From positions 36,712 to 100,711 of the forward strand of contig JACVGW010000001.1 in NCBI GenBank assembly GCA_018992565.1: 64,000 bases of DNA, written 5' to 3'. Both the position numbers and the translations under genes were made by a program. Shown one piece after another: positions 18,975-28,751 of the stretch (its first letter is position 1; each line of letters starts with the position of its first letter). This DNA is from Theionarchaea archaeon. GTDB lineage: Archaea > Methanobacteriota_B > Thermococci > Methanofastidiosales > SZ-28-30. The notes under the pieces were generated by a model. The model did not search any database and had not been told where the DNA came from. It worked only from the letters and a program-made list of their open reading frames with translations.

Positions 18975-19814
18975 CTGAATTCCTCCTCTTAGACCTTTAT
19001 TTCTCAATATGAATGTGTGGAAGTTTTTTACCTTAAATAATTATCGGACCATGCACATTTTGGGTATCCCCTCTCTACATTCCGCGCAACACAGGTGACG
19101 ACGCGATACAAACCTCTTTCTGATGTCAAGCAATCCCAGAAAATCACTTCCAATCGAAGGAATCCATTGAGCACTTTTTGCATCAAAAGCCAGCAGAAAT
19201 AATAGGAATGCTCCCTGGAGAGGAGCATTCCCTCAGTTCTTCCTCATCCTTCACCTCCCTGGGCAGAGACCAAATCATAATGGTGATTGGAATGTGAAAA
19301 GGTATAGACCTTCTCTTTTCACTATTGAAGGAAATTTCTTCCTTTCAATGAAGAAATACTCCTAGGCGTCTTTCCTTCCTACTAAATATAGGCTTGTCGC
19401 TGCTTTATAAATGTTTCCACTGCGGAATTCTATGGAAACCTTTTTTGAGAAATTCGTGAAGATTTGTTAAAAGAGCAAGCTCAGTTCTTAGAAATTCTCC
19501 AGCAGACCTTCAGTTCTTACAAGCAAACTAGAAATATTCTCAAGCAAAATGTGGCAATTCCGTGGAGAGCTTCGGGATAATCAGTGCTCTAAAACCTCAC
19601 ATTCTCTCCGACTACTTCCCTGACCCTCATTTTTAATTTGGAGAAGAAATTACATGTATTGAGACCCGTAATTATGCAGAATGTCAGATTTACTGCTTTA
19701 GTCACACTGAATGTCAGTGTAGAAAGAGATAACTTAAGCTAGACTTTGGTTACAACCATGGCGAAAATCTTTTAAAGGAATGGAGTACAGTGTGAAGAGA
19801 CACGAGGTGGTATC

Positions 19815-20243
19815 ATGAACATTCAAGGATATGAACTCCCTGATGATCTCTACTACGAGGAACATCACTACTGGGCACGAGTCGAAGGAGGCCTTGTAGT
19901 CGTTGGAGCCACTGATTATACACAGAAAGCAGCTGGAGACTTTGTATTTGTGGAACTGCCCTACGAAGGGGACAAAGTGGAACAGGGGAAACCCTTTGCC
20001 ACAATTGAATCGGGGAAATGGACAGGAAGAATCCATGCTCCTGTTTCAGGAGAAGTTGCCGAAGTCAACGAAGATCTTGAGGATGACTACACGAAAATAA
20101 ACCAGGATCCATATGGAGAAGGATGGATCATTAAGATCAAACCTTCGAACCTGGATGCAGAACTGAAAACCCTGCTTCATGAGAAGAAAGAAGTGGAAGA
20201 GTGGATGAAGAAGGAAATCGAGATCCACAAGGTTGAATCCTGA
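19815..20243 (+). CDS. gcvH: Glycine-cleavage H-like lipoyl carrier protein
   Basis: It has HHYWARVEGG..VVGATDYTQ and the lipoyl-lysine context IESGKW...HAPVSGEV. SD GAGGTGG lies 4 nt upstream of the ATG. Confidence 0.8.
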   Translation: MNIQGYELPDDLYYEEHHYWARVEGGLVVVGATDYTQKAAGDFVFVELPYEGDKVEQGKPFATIESGKWTGRIHAPVSGEVAEVNEDLEDDYTKINQDPYGEGWIIKIKPSNLDAELKTLLHEKKEVEEWMKKEIEIHKVES

Positions 20244-20421
20244 TTTTCTTTTCACTTTTTATTTTTGATCATGCTACCTTCTTTTTGAGAAAGACTCCAG
20301 TGTAGGACTTCATATCAGACCCTTGCTCCCCTTGTTATTCAAGCTGAAACTAAATGAAGATATCTCAACCTGCAGAAAACTATAAAAGGTGAAACCAAGA
20401 TTATAGGTGGAGGTTATTGAT

Positions 20422-20931
20422 ATGGCTGAATTGCTGGTAAGGGACGCAATGACTGAAAGCTACGTGAAACTTAGTCCCAAAACCGTTTCCAGTGAAGCCG
20501 CGCGCATTATGGCAGATTCAGATGCAGATTGTATTCTTGTTATCAGAGAAGGAACTCCAGCAGGGATCGTAACTGCCTCTGATTTTCTGCGTCGTGTGGT
20601 AGCAGAAGGGAAAAACGCCAGCGAGATTCTTTTAAAAGAGATTATGTCGTCGCCAGTCATTACCATTGATCCCAACAAAACCCTGGCCGAAGCATCCAAC
20701 AGACTGTCGGCAAACAATGTGAAGAGACTCATTGTAATGGAGGGAAACATGGTGGCTGGTGTATTAACATCAGTTGATATCCTTTTCTATGCAGAGGATC
20801 TGGGAGAAGCTCAGGAAGAACGTGAGATGGGGCCCAGTATGTGTGAGATATGCGGGGGTTACTTTGAGGTACTGACCGAGGTCGATGGGAAATTCGTCTG
20901 TGAAGACTGCAAAGAGCTGCTTGAAAGGTGA
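20422..20931 (+). CDS. CBS-pair protein with C-terminal zinc ribbon
   Basis: Two CBS repeats are followed by CEICGG...CEDC. The ATG follows GGTGGAGGT. Confidence 0.75.
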   Translation: MAELLVRDAMTESYVKLSPKTVSSEAARIMADSDADCILVIREGTPAGIVTASDFLRRVVAEGKNASEILLKEIMSSPVITIDPNKTLAEASNRLSANNVKRLIVMEGNMVAGVLTSVDILFYAEDLGEAQEEREMGPSMCEICGGYFEVLTEVDGKFVCEDCKELLER

Positions 20932-20935
20932 AATC

Positions 20936-21703
20936 ATGCAGATACATGAAATCATGAAAGAACCAGTAGTAGTAGAACCTGAAGATTACGCCACACGAAT
21001 CAGAGCTTTGCTGCGAGATAAGACTCGAATTGTTGTGGTGAAAGAAGATGATAGAGTCCTGGGGATTATCACACGGAAGGATGTCATGCTGGTAACTTCA
21101 ACAAAATCCAATTTGAAGGCCAGGGAAATCATGTCTGCGCCTGTGCTGGTTTTCAGACCAGACGAGGAAGTCCATGAAGCCGGACGGAAGATGATTAACA
21201 TGGATGTATATTCTGCTCTTGTCATGGAAAATAATTCCGTTCTGGGAATTGTACACATGGAAGAGATCTTGCAGAGTGTCTACCGCCCCACTACAAAGAA
21301 AGTCAGTGATATCATGACAGCTGATGTGGTTTCCTGTGACGTGTCTGAGAATGTTGTACGAGTGTGGAACCTCATGGAATACCACAATCTCACCGGGCTG
21401 CCAGTAACTCGAGAGGTGTCTTCTTCTCGCCGCCGATACAAGAAGCTGGAAGGATTTGTCACCAGGAAGGATATACTGCGCAGCGGAACTATCCGACCAG
21501 GAGAAGAAGTGCATTTCTCCAACCCTCCACCAATTGAAAAAGCCATGACCCGTACTCCCAGGTACGTGCGTCCTCATGACTCAGTTGATGCTTGCGTGAA
21601 CCTCTTCAAGAAGCATGACATTGGCCGATTGCCTGTGATACGTGACGGGTATGAACTGATTGGGATTGTAGATAGAGAAGACGTCTTGACGCTGTACGTG
21701 TAG
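20936..21703 (+). CDS. CBS-domain protein (four CBS repeats)
   Basis: It begins MQIHEIMKEP after AGGTGAAATC. There are four CBS-like repeats (..IM...v.v........a...m....i..lPVv..). It has the same 255-aa size as ORF 22606-23373. Confidence 0.75.
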   Translation: MQIHEIMKEPVVVEPEDYATRIRALLRDKTRIVVVKEDDRVLGIITRKDVMLVTSTKSNLKAREIMSAPVLVFRPDEEVHEAGRKMINMDVYSALVMENNSVLGIVHMEEILQSVYRPTTKKVSDIMTADVVSCDVSENVVRVWNLMEYHNLTGLPVTREVSSSRRRYKKLEGFVTRKDILRSGTIRPGEEVHFSNPPPIEKAMTRTPRYVRPHDSVDACVNLFKKHDIGRLPVIRDGYELIGIVDREDVLTLYV

Positions 21704-21714
21704 GAGGAATAGAA

Positions 21715-22596
21715 ATGAAAAGAACAATTCAGGGAAAGCTTGACCGGGGGCCACGTGAGTTTGAGACCCGGGTTCATGAACACGAAGGAGAAGTAATGGG
21801 TATTGCGAGAAGAGATGTGGTTACTGCCCCCCCCACCATTTCCATTAAAGGGGCTGCAGAAACAATGGCTTCCTATAAGACAAGGAGGCTGCCCATAACC
21901 CACCCCGGCACAAGCAGAATCGAAGGTATTGTAATCAGCAGAGATATCATCAATTTTCTGGGTGGGGGAGAAAAGAACAAGATTATCTCAGAAAAGTACT
22001 ATGGAAACTTGTTTGCTGCAATGAATGATTCTATCAGGGACATTATGAGCCGTGATGCAATAACTGTGAAGAATACTGCCTCCATTGATGAGGTTGTCAC
22101 GGAAATGAAAGAAAAGAATGTGGGGGGATTTCCTGTGATCAATACGGAGTATCAGGTGGTAGGCATCATTGAAGAGAAGGACCTGGTGCGCCAGATCGCA
22201 GGCACAATTACCGGTGAACTCGTGGAAGACAGAATGACCACTGATCCAATAATCATTACCCCAGGAACTACCATCAAGGACACCAACCGGTTCATGATTG
22301 CCAATGACATCAGGAGACTTCCTGTGGTCAGTGAAGGAGAACTGGTGGGACTGATAACCACCACAGACATTCTACGCTACTTTGCCTCCAATGAGATGTT
22401 CAGGCACATGAGAGGAGATCCTCTGTCTCTGCGCATACAGGATATCATGGTGCGAGATCTGAAGACCATATCCCCTCGAGAAGACGTGGGAAAGGCGGTC
22501 CAGGTTATGAAGGACAATGATGTGGGCTGTCTGCTTGTCATGGATAAGAATCTGGTGGGAATACTCACAGAACGAGATATTCTGGGGTTGTTTTAG
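21715..22596 (+). CDS. CBS-domain protein (four CBS repeats)
   Basis: It has repeated CBS blocks with RRLPI/GFPV/RRLPV/GCLLV cores. The start is uncertain (21715 or 21796). Confidence 0.7.
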   Translation: MKRTIQGKLDRGPREFETRVHEHEGEVMGIARRDVVTAPPTISIKGAAETMASYKTRRLPITHPGTSRIEGIVISRDIINFLGGGEKNKIISEKYYGNLFAAMNDSIRDIMSRDAITVKNTASIDEVVTEMKEKNVGGFPVINTEYQVVGIIEEKDLVRQIAGTITGELVEDRMTTDPIIITPGTTIKDTNRFMIANDIRRLPVVSEGELVGLITTTDILRYFASNEMFRHMRGDPLSLRIQDIMVRDLKTISPREDVGKAVQVMKDNDVGCLLVMDKNLVGILTERDILGLF

Positions 22597-22605
22597 GGTG
22601 GTGCC

Positions 22606-23373
22606 ATGCACATCAGAGAGATTATGAAAGAACCCATTCATGTAGACAAAGACCAGAGGCTTTCTCATGCAATAGACTTATTCAAGAAGCATAATATTGC
22701 CCGACTGCCTGTCCTTGAGGGCGGTGATCTGGTGGGAATCATAACGCAGAGAGATATCATGGATAAAATCGGATATTTCAAAGAGGATTTGAAGGTATCC
22801 ACCTTCCACATATCTGCCTGCATGACAAAAGATCCCTACACTCTCAGCCCCTCAGACTCTCTTGAGAGTGCCATCACAATCTTCCGAAAGCGAAAAATCT
22901 CAGGTATCCCCATTGTAGATGAGCAGCTCGTGGGCATGGTTACCAAACTGGATGTAATCCAGCAGTGCACATACGCGGGGAACGTGGCAGACTGTTATAC
23001 CCCCCAGTTTGTGTCTGTATCCGCCAGTGAAAGAGTGGTTCATGCCCGGATGCTCATGCTGAGACACAATGAACGCTGCTTTCCAGTTATTGATAATGCT
23101 CTTGAAGGAATCATTACCACAGCAGATGTAGTCTATGAGCTATACAAGTTCATGGACTTGATTGACAAGCATCAGAGTTCTCTGGTGAGAAACCTCAGTG
23201 TTGAAGAGGCCATGAATCAGAATCCTGTGACCACTGCTCCGTGGGTAGACCTTGAGAAAGTCAAAGGTACGATGGTCCGTGATAATCTCTCCACACTGCC
23301 TGTGGTGACTGAAGACTCAGAAGTCCTGGGGTTGATATCAAAGGATGAGATGATGCAGGCGCTCACAGTATGA
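22606..23373 (+). CDS. CBS-domain protein (four CBS repeats)
   Basis: It begins MHIREIMKEP, paralogous to ORF 20936-21703, with four CBS blocks. Confidence 0.75.
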   Translation: MHIREIMKEPIHVDKDQRLSHAIDLFKKHNIARLPVLEGGDLVGIITQRDIMDKIGYFKEDLKVSTFHISACMTKDPYTLSPSDSLESAITIFRKRKISGIPIVDEQLVGMVTKLDVIQQCTYAGNVADCYTPQFVSVSASERVVHARMLMLRHNERCFPVIDNALEGIITTADVVYELYKFMDLIDKHQSSLVRNLSVEEAMNQNPVTTAPWVDLEKVKGTMVRDNLSTLPVVTEDSEVLGLISKDEMMQALTV

Positions 23374-23476
23374 CTTCTCGCTCTCACGTGAGGAAAGTCT
23401 TTTAAACCTCTTAACGAAGGCAGTTCAGGAGATGAGGTTGAAATGCCTATTTCTGTGAAGAGCGGAGGCGAGGCTG

Positions 23477-24442
23477 TTGCCTACCAGCCTTGAAGCCAAA
23501 ATAAGGCACTACAGGATGATCTATGAGATTCTGGTTTCCCAAACTCCACGAATCTCTGTCAAAGACATTTCTTCCATTCTTCATGTTGATCCCAGGACGG
23601 CCAGCAGTAGAATGAAGGAGGCTCTCGATCAGGGGTACATTGCGGGTCCCCAGATCAGGAAGCGTTCCTATGCTAATATGAAAGAGTATATGTATTTCAT
23701 CTCCTGTGAGAATCCCTTCCCCAAGTATCTGAACTACAGCCAGGATGAACGTGTGGTGTATCATGCCAGAATGGCGGGGTTTGCCAGTCTGTGGATAGTT
23801 TCCAGAGCCCCCCTGGACATAGAAGAACCCGTAGTGCTGGAAGGGTGCCGGTCTGACTATCACCTCTCGTACGCTCCCGACCACTCCTGGGGGTATGCCA
23901 TGGAGGTGATGAAGAATTCCTTAGAAGCCTTCGATTTTCATGGACACCAATCAGCCCACATCCTCAAAAGTCGTTGTGACACGTGTATCGGGTGGGATGA
24001 CGAGGACGAATCTCTCTACCAATACTTTAAGTACAACTTGAGGAACCCCTTTTCTCCTGTCATGCGGAGACATCTCATCACGTCCGGGAAGATATATACA
24101 TTCCTTGAGAAGCTGCCTTCCCGCTGCACCATCATTACTCATTATTTCCCGGAAGGAATAGCTGCATATGATCCATACCTCTTCATGTTTGATACAGAGT
24201 ATGAGGACTTCATCATCGAGGTATTCTCTCTGCTTCCCACATCCTGCTTTTTCTTCAAAGTTTCTGATAGATTATTGCTGCTGGCTTATGTGAAGCGACA
24301 CCTTCTCAGGTATGATGGCCTGACCATGTCCGATGTGGGCCAGTTGCAGATTCCCATTCTCGTGAAATTACTGCTGGAAAAGAAGATTATAAGAAGTGAA
24401 GACCATGCTATAGTGGAATATCACTGGGCAAAGGACCTGTAA
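23477..24442 (+). CDS. Putative two-module winged-helix protein (regulator?), function unknown
   Basis: The N-terminal HTH-like segment is ISVKDISSILHVDPRTASSRMKEALDQGYIAGP. Its architecture resembles ORF 42208-43359. The start codon is uncertain. Confidence 0.4.
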   Translation: MPTSLEAKIRHYRMIYEILVSQTPRISVKDISSILHVDPRTASSRMKEALDQGYIAGPQIRKRSYANMKEYMYFISCENPFPKYLNYSQDERVVYHARMAGFASLWIVSRAPLDIEEPVVLEGCRSDYHLSYAPDHSWGYAMEVMKNSLEAFDFHGHQSAHILKSRCDTCIGWDDEDESLYQYFKYNLRNPFSPVMRRHLITSGKIYTFLEKLPSRCTIITHYFPEGIAAYDPYLFMFDTEYEDFIIEVFSLLPTSCFFFKVSDRLLLLAYVKRHLLRYDGLTMSDVGQLQIPILVKLLLEKKIIRSEDHAIVEYHWAKDL

Positions 24443-24464
24443 CCCAGTATATGATGCAGAAAGA

Positions 24465-25928
24465 CTAGTACGTGAATTTTCTCCTGACTATGAGCCTCAG
24501 CAGCATGAGTACGGGGATGATTTCCAATCTTCCTATCCACATATTGAACATGAGAGTGGCTTTGTTGAGTGTCCCCATCCAGGGACCGGTAATTCCAGTG
24601 GAAAGCCCCACATTTCCCTGCGCTGATGCCACTTCAAAAATCACATCCCCCAGAGTATATTGAGGGGGAACAGTCTGCAGGAGCACCAGAACTCCCATGA
24701 GAAGGAAAACCAGCCACAAGAAAGAAATGAGGCCAGCTTCTGCCACTTCTTCATTCGCTTCATCGGGCGACAGTGACTTTGAACCCAGTTTATGGGAAAT
24801 GATCGCCGTGGGGGAAAGAGAAACTTTCCTGAACTTCCATACCACTCCCTTGTACAAGAGGATTACTCTGATTAGTTTTATTCCTCCCACTGTAGACCCT
24901 GCTGCCCCTCCAATGATCATGGCTAGAGAAAGAATGAGTTTTGAAGACTCATTCCATATCTGCACGTTGGCCGTCTGAAACCCAGTGCAGGTCAGTGCAG
25001 AAAAAACCTGGAAACTTGAAAACCTGAAGGATGAGGAAGCAGCACCATATGTTTGCATGTTCACATAGGCTAAGAAGGCAATAGCTGTTCCAGCAATCAA
25101 AAAATATGCTCTGTTTTGGGGATCGGTGAAGAAAACTTTGTAATTTACCCTAATCATTCGATAGTGAACCACAAAGGAGACTGCACCTGCTGTCATAATA
25201 GGGATGAGTGCGTAATCAATGAGAGGAGAATCATAGGTGCCAATGCTGTTGTCAACCACAGAGAATCCACCAGTGGCAATTCCAGTCATGGAATGGTTTA
25301 TGGCATCCCAAAGAGGCATCCGGCACAGCCACAGCAGAAATACTCCCAACACAGTATAAATGAGGAATATCTTCCAGATGGTCTTCACTGTGGACACAAT
25401 TGAAGGATGTATCTTCTCTACCCGACCTTCTGATTTGTAGAGAGAATATGCTCCTGTCCCGGGCCTGGCCAGGATAGAAATCATCAACACAATGACGCCG
25501 ACTCCCCCGATCCACTGCATGAGAGACCTCCAGAATTGAATGCTGTGGGAGAGGAGGTCTTCCCTGATCACCATAGTCAGTCCAGTTCCACTCCACCCAG
25601 ACATACACTCAAACATGCAATCAATAAACGGCATTTTCTCTATGAAAAAAATCGGTATAGTGCTGTAAAGAGGGACGATAACCCACGCCAGAGCAGCCAC
25701 AATCATGGCATGCCTGGTCCTTGGCTCTTCTTCCACCCGCACTGAAAGCAGGACCATGGAAGACAGAAATGCCAATCCACTGGTCAGCAGGAAGTACCAG
25801 ACAGCGTGGAATTCCCCAAATATCACGGGTATGAGTATGGCAAAGAAGGTCACAAAGGAGAAGATGCGAAGGATCCTGCCTAGCTCTTCAAGAATGATCC
25901 GAACATCAGAGGCGAGTATCCCCTTCAT
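24465..25928 (-). CDS. trkH: TrkH/KtrB-family K+ transporter membrane subunit (copy 1)
   Basis: Polytopic protein with repeated selectivity-filter-like GTGLT/TGGFS/CTGFQ/NVGLSTG segments. The start was moved to the Met just after the trkA stop. Confidence 0.8.
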   Translation of the reverse strand: MKGILASDVRIILEELGRILRIFSFVTFFAILIPVIFGEFHAVWYFLLTSGLAFLSSMVLLSVRVEEEPRTRHAMIVAALAWVIVPLYSTIPIFFIEKMPFIDCMFECMSGWSGTGLTMVIREDLLSHSIQFWRSLMQWIGGVGVIVLMISILARPGTGAYSLYKSEGRVEKIHPSIVSTVKTIWKIFLIYTVLGVFLLWLCRMPLWDAINHSMTGIATGGFSVVDNSIGTYDSPLIDYALIPIMTAGAVSFVVHYRMIRVNYKVFFTDPQNRAYFLIAGTAIAFLAYVNMQTYGAASSSFRFSSFQVFSALTCTGFQTANVQIWNESSKLILSLAMIIGGAAGSTVGGIKLIRVILLYKGVVWKFRKVSLSPTAIISHKLGSKSLSPDEANEEVAEAGLISFLWLVFLLMGVLVLLQTVPPQYTLGDVIFEVASAQGNVGLSTGITGPWMGTLNKATLMFNMWIGRLEIIPVLMLLRLIVRRKFTY

Positions 25929-25932
25929 GGGA

Positions 25933-26592
25933 TCATCCCGTAAACAGCCTCGTGGTCTCTTCAATTCTCTTGGCTAAAACGAATACTGTCACTCTGTCCC
26001 CTTCTTTAATCACAGTGTCTCCTCTGGGAATGATAATTCCATCATCCCGGGCAATGGCCACTATCAAAGCATCTTTCTGAGCCAATCTCAGGCTGTCCAG
26101 CGTCTTACCAACCACGAAGGCTCTGTCTGTGACTACAATCTCGAAAATCTCCGCTTCACCGCCTCCAATACTCATGAAATCTCTAATGGACGGCCTTTGC
26201 AGTACACGATAGAGATACTCTGCCACTGCTGAAGAAGGATTCTCCATGACGTTAGCTCCAATCCTTCTGAACATCAAAGCATGCTCAGGCTGGGAAACCA
26301 GCGACACCAGCGACTGGATCTTCAATTCCTTGCCTACCAGAATAGTGAGAAGGTTTACTGCATCATCTTTAGTGGTGGCGGCCAGAGCATCGGCTCTGCG
26401 GGCTCCCGCATCCTCCAGGATGGATTTGATGGTAGAATCCCCACATATAGCCATTATATCATATTTTTCTGCAATTTCATTGCACTTCGCCTCATCCTTG
26501 TCCACAATTACGACATTATGTCCTCTTTCTGTGGTGATTTTCACAAGGCTCTCGCCTACGCTTCCAGCTCCAACCACAATAATATACATCAC
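25933..26592 (-). CDS. trkA: TrkA/KtrA K+ uptake regulatory subunit (RCK N and C domains), copy 1
   Basis: Rossmann motif IIVVGAGSVG is followed by a TrkA_C-like C-terminal domain. Confidence 0.8.
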   Translation of the reverse strand: MMYIIVVGAGSVGESLVKITTERGHNVVIVDKDEAKCNEIAEKYDIMAICGDSTIKSILEDAGARRADALAATTKDDAVNLLTILVGKELKIQSLVSLVSQPEHALMFRRIGANVMENPSSAVAEYLYRVLQRPSIRDFMSIGGGEAEIFEIVVTDRAFVVGKTLDSLRLAQKDALIVAIARDDGIIIPRGDTVIKEGDRVTVFVLAKRIEETTRLFTG

Positions 26593-26745
26593 ATTGGCAT
26601 AAATCGGGGAACTTATAAAGGTAAGGTTTCAAGAGAACAGAGAAAACAGCATGGTCAGAAAAGACCATGCGGTGAACAGCAATCCTCATATACTGCAGGT
26701 CAGCAATTTCAGTATGATTTCCTGCGAACTCACAAGAGTGTCAAC

Positions 26746-28089
26746 ATGGAGATGGTTCATATGAACAGACTCATTGGAAAAGTGAAGCCAATCCAGTTCC
26801 TGGTTATAGGATATATTGCGATCATCTGCATAGGTTCCTTGTTCCTGTATTTGCCTGCTGCTTCCTCTGCAGGTACATCTCAGGACTATGTGGACGCATT
26901 GTTCACAGCCACCTCAGCAGTCTCCACCACGGGGCTGGTAGTGGTGGATACAGGTACCTTCTACTCAGGGTTCGGGCAGTTCATTATTCTGCTCCTGTTC
27001 CAGATTGGAGGGCTGGGATATATGGTATTCGTAGTGTTTATGGTATATGCACTGGGCAGAAAACCATCTCTTACCAGTGCTGTTACACTGCAGCAGTCAC
27101 TCTCCGGGGTTACGCTGGGGAACATGAAGCAGTATCTCAAAGCAGTACTTGTTTTCACACTACTCTTTGAGGGGCTGGGAGCACTTGTTCTCAGTATCTA
27201 CTGGATGGATCGATTCACTCCATCAGAGGCAGTTTTTCTTGGAGTCTTTCATTCAGTGTCAGCGTTCTGTACCTCAGGATTTTCCATATTTTCTGACAGT
27301 TTCAACTCGTATCAAACCAGTGTTTTCATGAATGTGGTGCTCGGCATATTGTGCATTGGAGGGGGAATTGGGTTCATTGTACTCTCTGATCTGCAGAACC
27401 TGGTGAGAAAGAGGATTTCCGGGGTGAGACCCTGCAGGCTGTCACTTCATAGCAATATGTCACTGTTGATTTCTGCGCTGTTAATGATGACTGGAGCTTT
27501 CGTCTTGATGAGTCAGGAATCCAGTATCCCTCTATCAGACAGAATGCTACCTTCTCTGTTCCAGTCAGTTTCAGCCTCCAGTACTACAGGATTCAATACA
27601 GTGGATATTGGGGCGTTGACCACAAGCAGTCTGTTCATGCTGGCTATTTTAATGGCTATTGGTGCGTCTCCAGGAGGAAGTGGAGGAGGGATCAAGGTTA
27701 CAGCTGTGGGTTCCATGATGCTTTCAGTATGGGCTCTCTTGAGAGGAAGAAAGGAGGTCAAGGCCTTTGGATGGCAGATCCCCGAGGAAACAGTAAGAAG
27801 ATCTTTTGCCGTGGCTACACTGGTTGCAATATGGGTGATTCTGGTGACCATGGTTCTTTCTGCCACAGAAGACGGCACATTCATGCAGGTCCTCTTTGAG
27901 GTGATATCTGCTGTAGGAACAGTAGGACTTACCACAGGGCTGACCCCTATGCTCACTTCTCTGGGGAAAGTGCTGATCATCACAACTATGCTGATTGGAC
28001 GGGTGGGTCCTCTCGCTATTGCATTCACAGTATTGGGAGAAGAGAAAGCGTCTTTCGAGCATGCAGAAGGAGAAATATATATCGGATAA
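26746..28089 (+). CDS. trkH: TrkH/KtrB-family K+ transporter membrane subunit (copy 2)
   Basis: Filter-like segments are TTGLVV, CTSGFS, STTGFN and TVGLTTG. The ORF-track N-terminal extension (26281-26745) is antisense to trkA and was rejected. Confidence 0.8.
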   Translation: MEMVHMNRLIGKVKPIQFLVIGYIAIICIGSLFLYLPAASSAGTSQDYVDALFTATSAVSTTGLVVVDTGTFYSGFGQFIILLLFQIGGLGYMVFVVFMVYALGRKPSLTSAVTLQQSLSGVTLGNMKQYLKAVLVFTLLFEGLGALVLSIYWMDRFTPSEAVFLGVFHSVSAFCTSGFSIFSDSFNSYQTSVFMNVVLGILCIGGGIGFIVLSDLQNLVRKRISGVRPCRLSLHSNMSLLISALLMMTGAFVLMSQESSIPLSDRMLPSLFQSVSASSTTGFNTVDIGALTTSSLFMLAILMAIGASPGGSGGGIKVTAVGSMMLSVWALLRGRKEVKAFGWQIPEETVRRSFAVATLVAIWVILVTMVLSATEDGTFMQVLFEVISAVGTVGLTTGLTPMLTSLGKVLIITTMLIGRVGPLAIAFTVLGEEKASFEHAEGEIYIG

Positions 28090-28100
28090 GAGGTGAAGCA

Positions 28101-28751
28101 ATGAAGCAATTCGTCGTAATAGGATTGGGAAGGTTTGGAATGAATCTGGCTGCCGCTTTAGCTGAAGCAGGACATGAAGTCTTGGTCATTGACGAAGACA
28201 AAAAGAAGATCGAGGCAATCAAAGAGAAGGTGACCCACGCAGTCGTAGCAGACGCTACAGATAAACAGGTCATATCTGAGTTCGTTACAGCAGATGTGGA
28301 CACCGTTGTTGTGGGAGTGAATGAAAGCATGGAAGCCAGTACTCTGGCCACATTGTACCTCAAAGAGATGGGAGTCAAAGAAGTCATTGTAAAAGCAACC
28401 AGTGATGACCATGCCAAGATATTGAAGGCCTTGGGGGCCACAGAGATAATTTATCCAGAAAAAGATGTAGCATTGAGGCTGGCTGAGAGGTTGAGTACTC
28501 CAAATCTGATTGAACATCTTCCCCTTACTCCTGAGTACAGTATTGTGGAAATTACTCCTCCTGAAGACTTTCTGGGAAAAACCCTGCGGAGCCTCGAACT
28601 ACGGAAAGAATATGGAATCGTGGTAATTGCAGTAAAAGACATGCTCACCAATACCTTCCACTTGATTCCTGGAGGAGAGTATGAAATCCGAGCAGATACT
28701 GCCCTCATAATCATAGGGAAGAAGTCTGATATCGAGAAACTGGATGTATGA
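28101..28751 (+). CDS. trkA: TrkA/KtrA K+ uptake regulatory subunit, copy 2
   Basis: Rossmann motif VVIGLGRFG. SD AGGTGA lies 4 nt upstream. A TrkA_C-like tail is present. Confidence 0.8.
   Translation: MKQFVVIGLGRFGMNLAAALAEAGHEVLVIDEDKKKIEAIKEKVTHAVVADATDKQVISEFVTADVDTVVVGVNESMEASTLATLYLKEMGVKEVIVKATSDDHAKILKALGATEIIYPEKDVALRLAERLSTPNLIEHLPLTPEYSIVEITPPEDFLGKTLRSLELRKEYGIVVIAVKDMLTNTFHLIPGGEYEIRADTALIIIGKKSDIEKLDV

Noticed and set aside
21827-21834. C8 homopolymer inside a CBS gene, considered as a phase-variation slip site
   Set aside because: It simply encodes Ala-Pro-Pro-Thr in frame. There is no evidence of a frameshift, and CBS genes are not typical contingency loci.
26281-26745. 155-codon N-terminal extension of the second TrkH ORF in the supplied track
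   Set aside because: The extension is antisense to the trkA1 coding region and has no TrkH-like sequence. A Met (26746) directly precedes the first TM helix.
27513-28109. 198-aa minus-strand ORF (and 27724-28101) opposite trkH2
   Set aside because: These are shadow ORFs of a well-supported membrane transporter gene.
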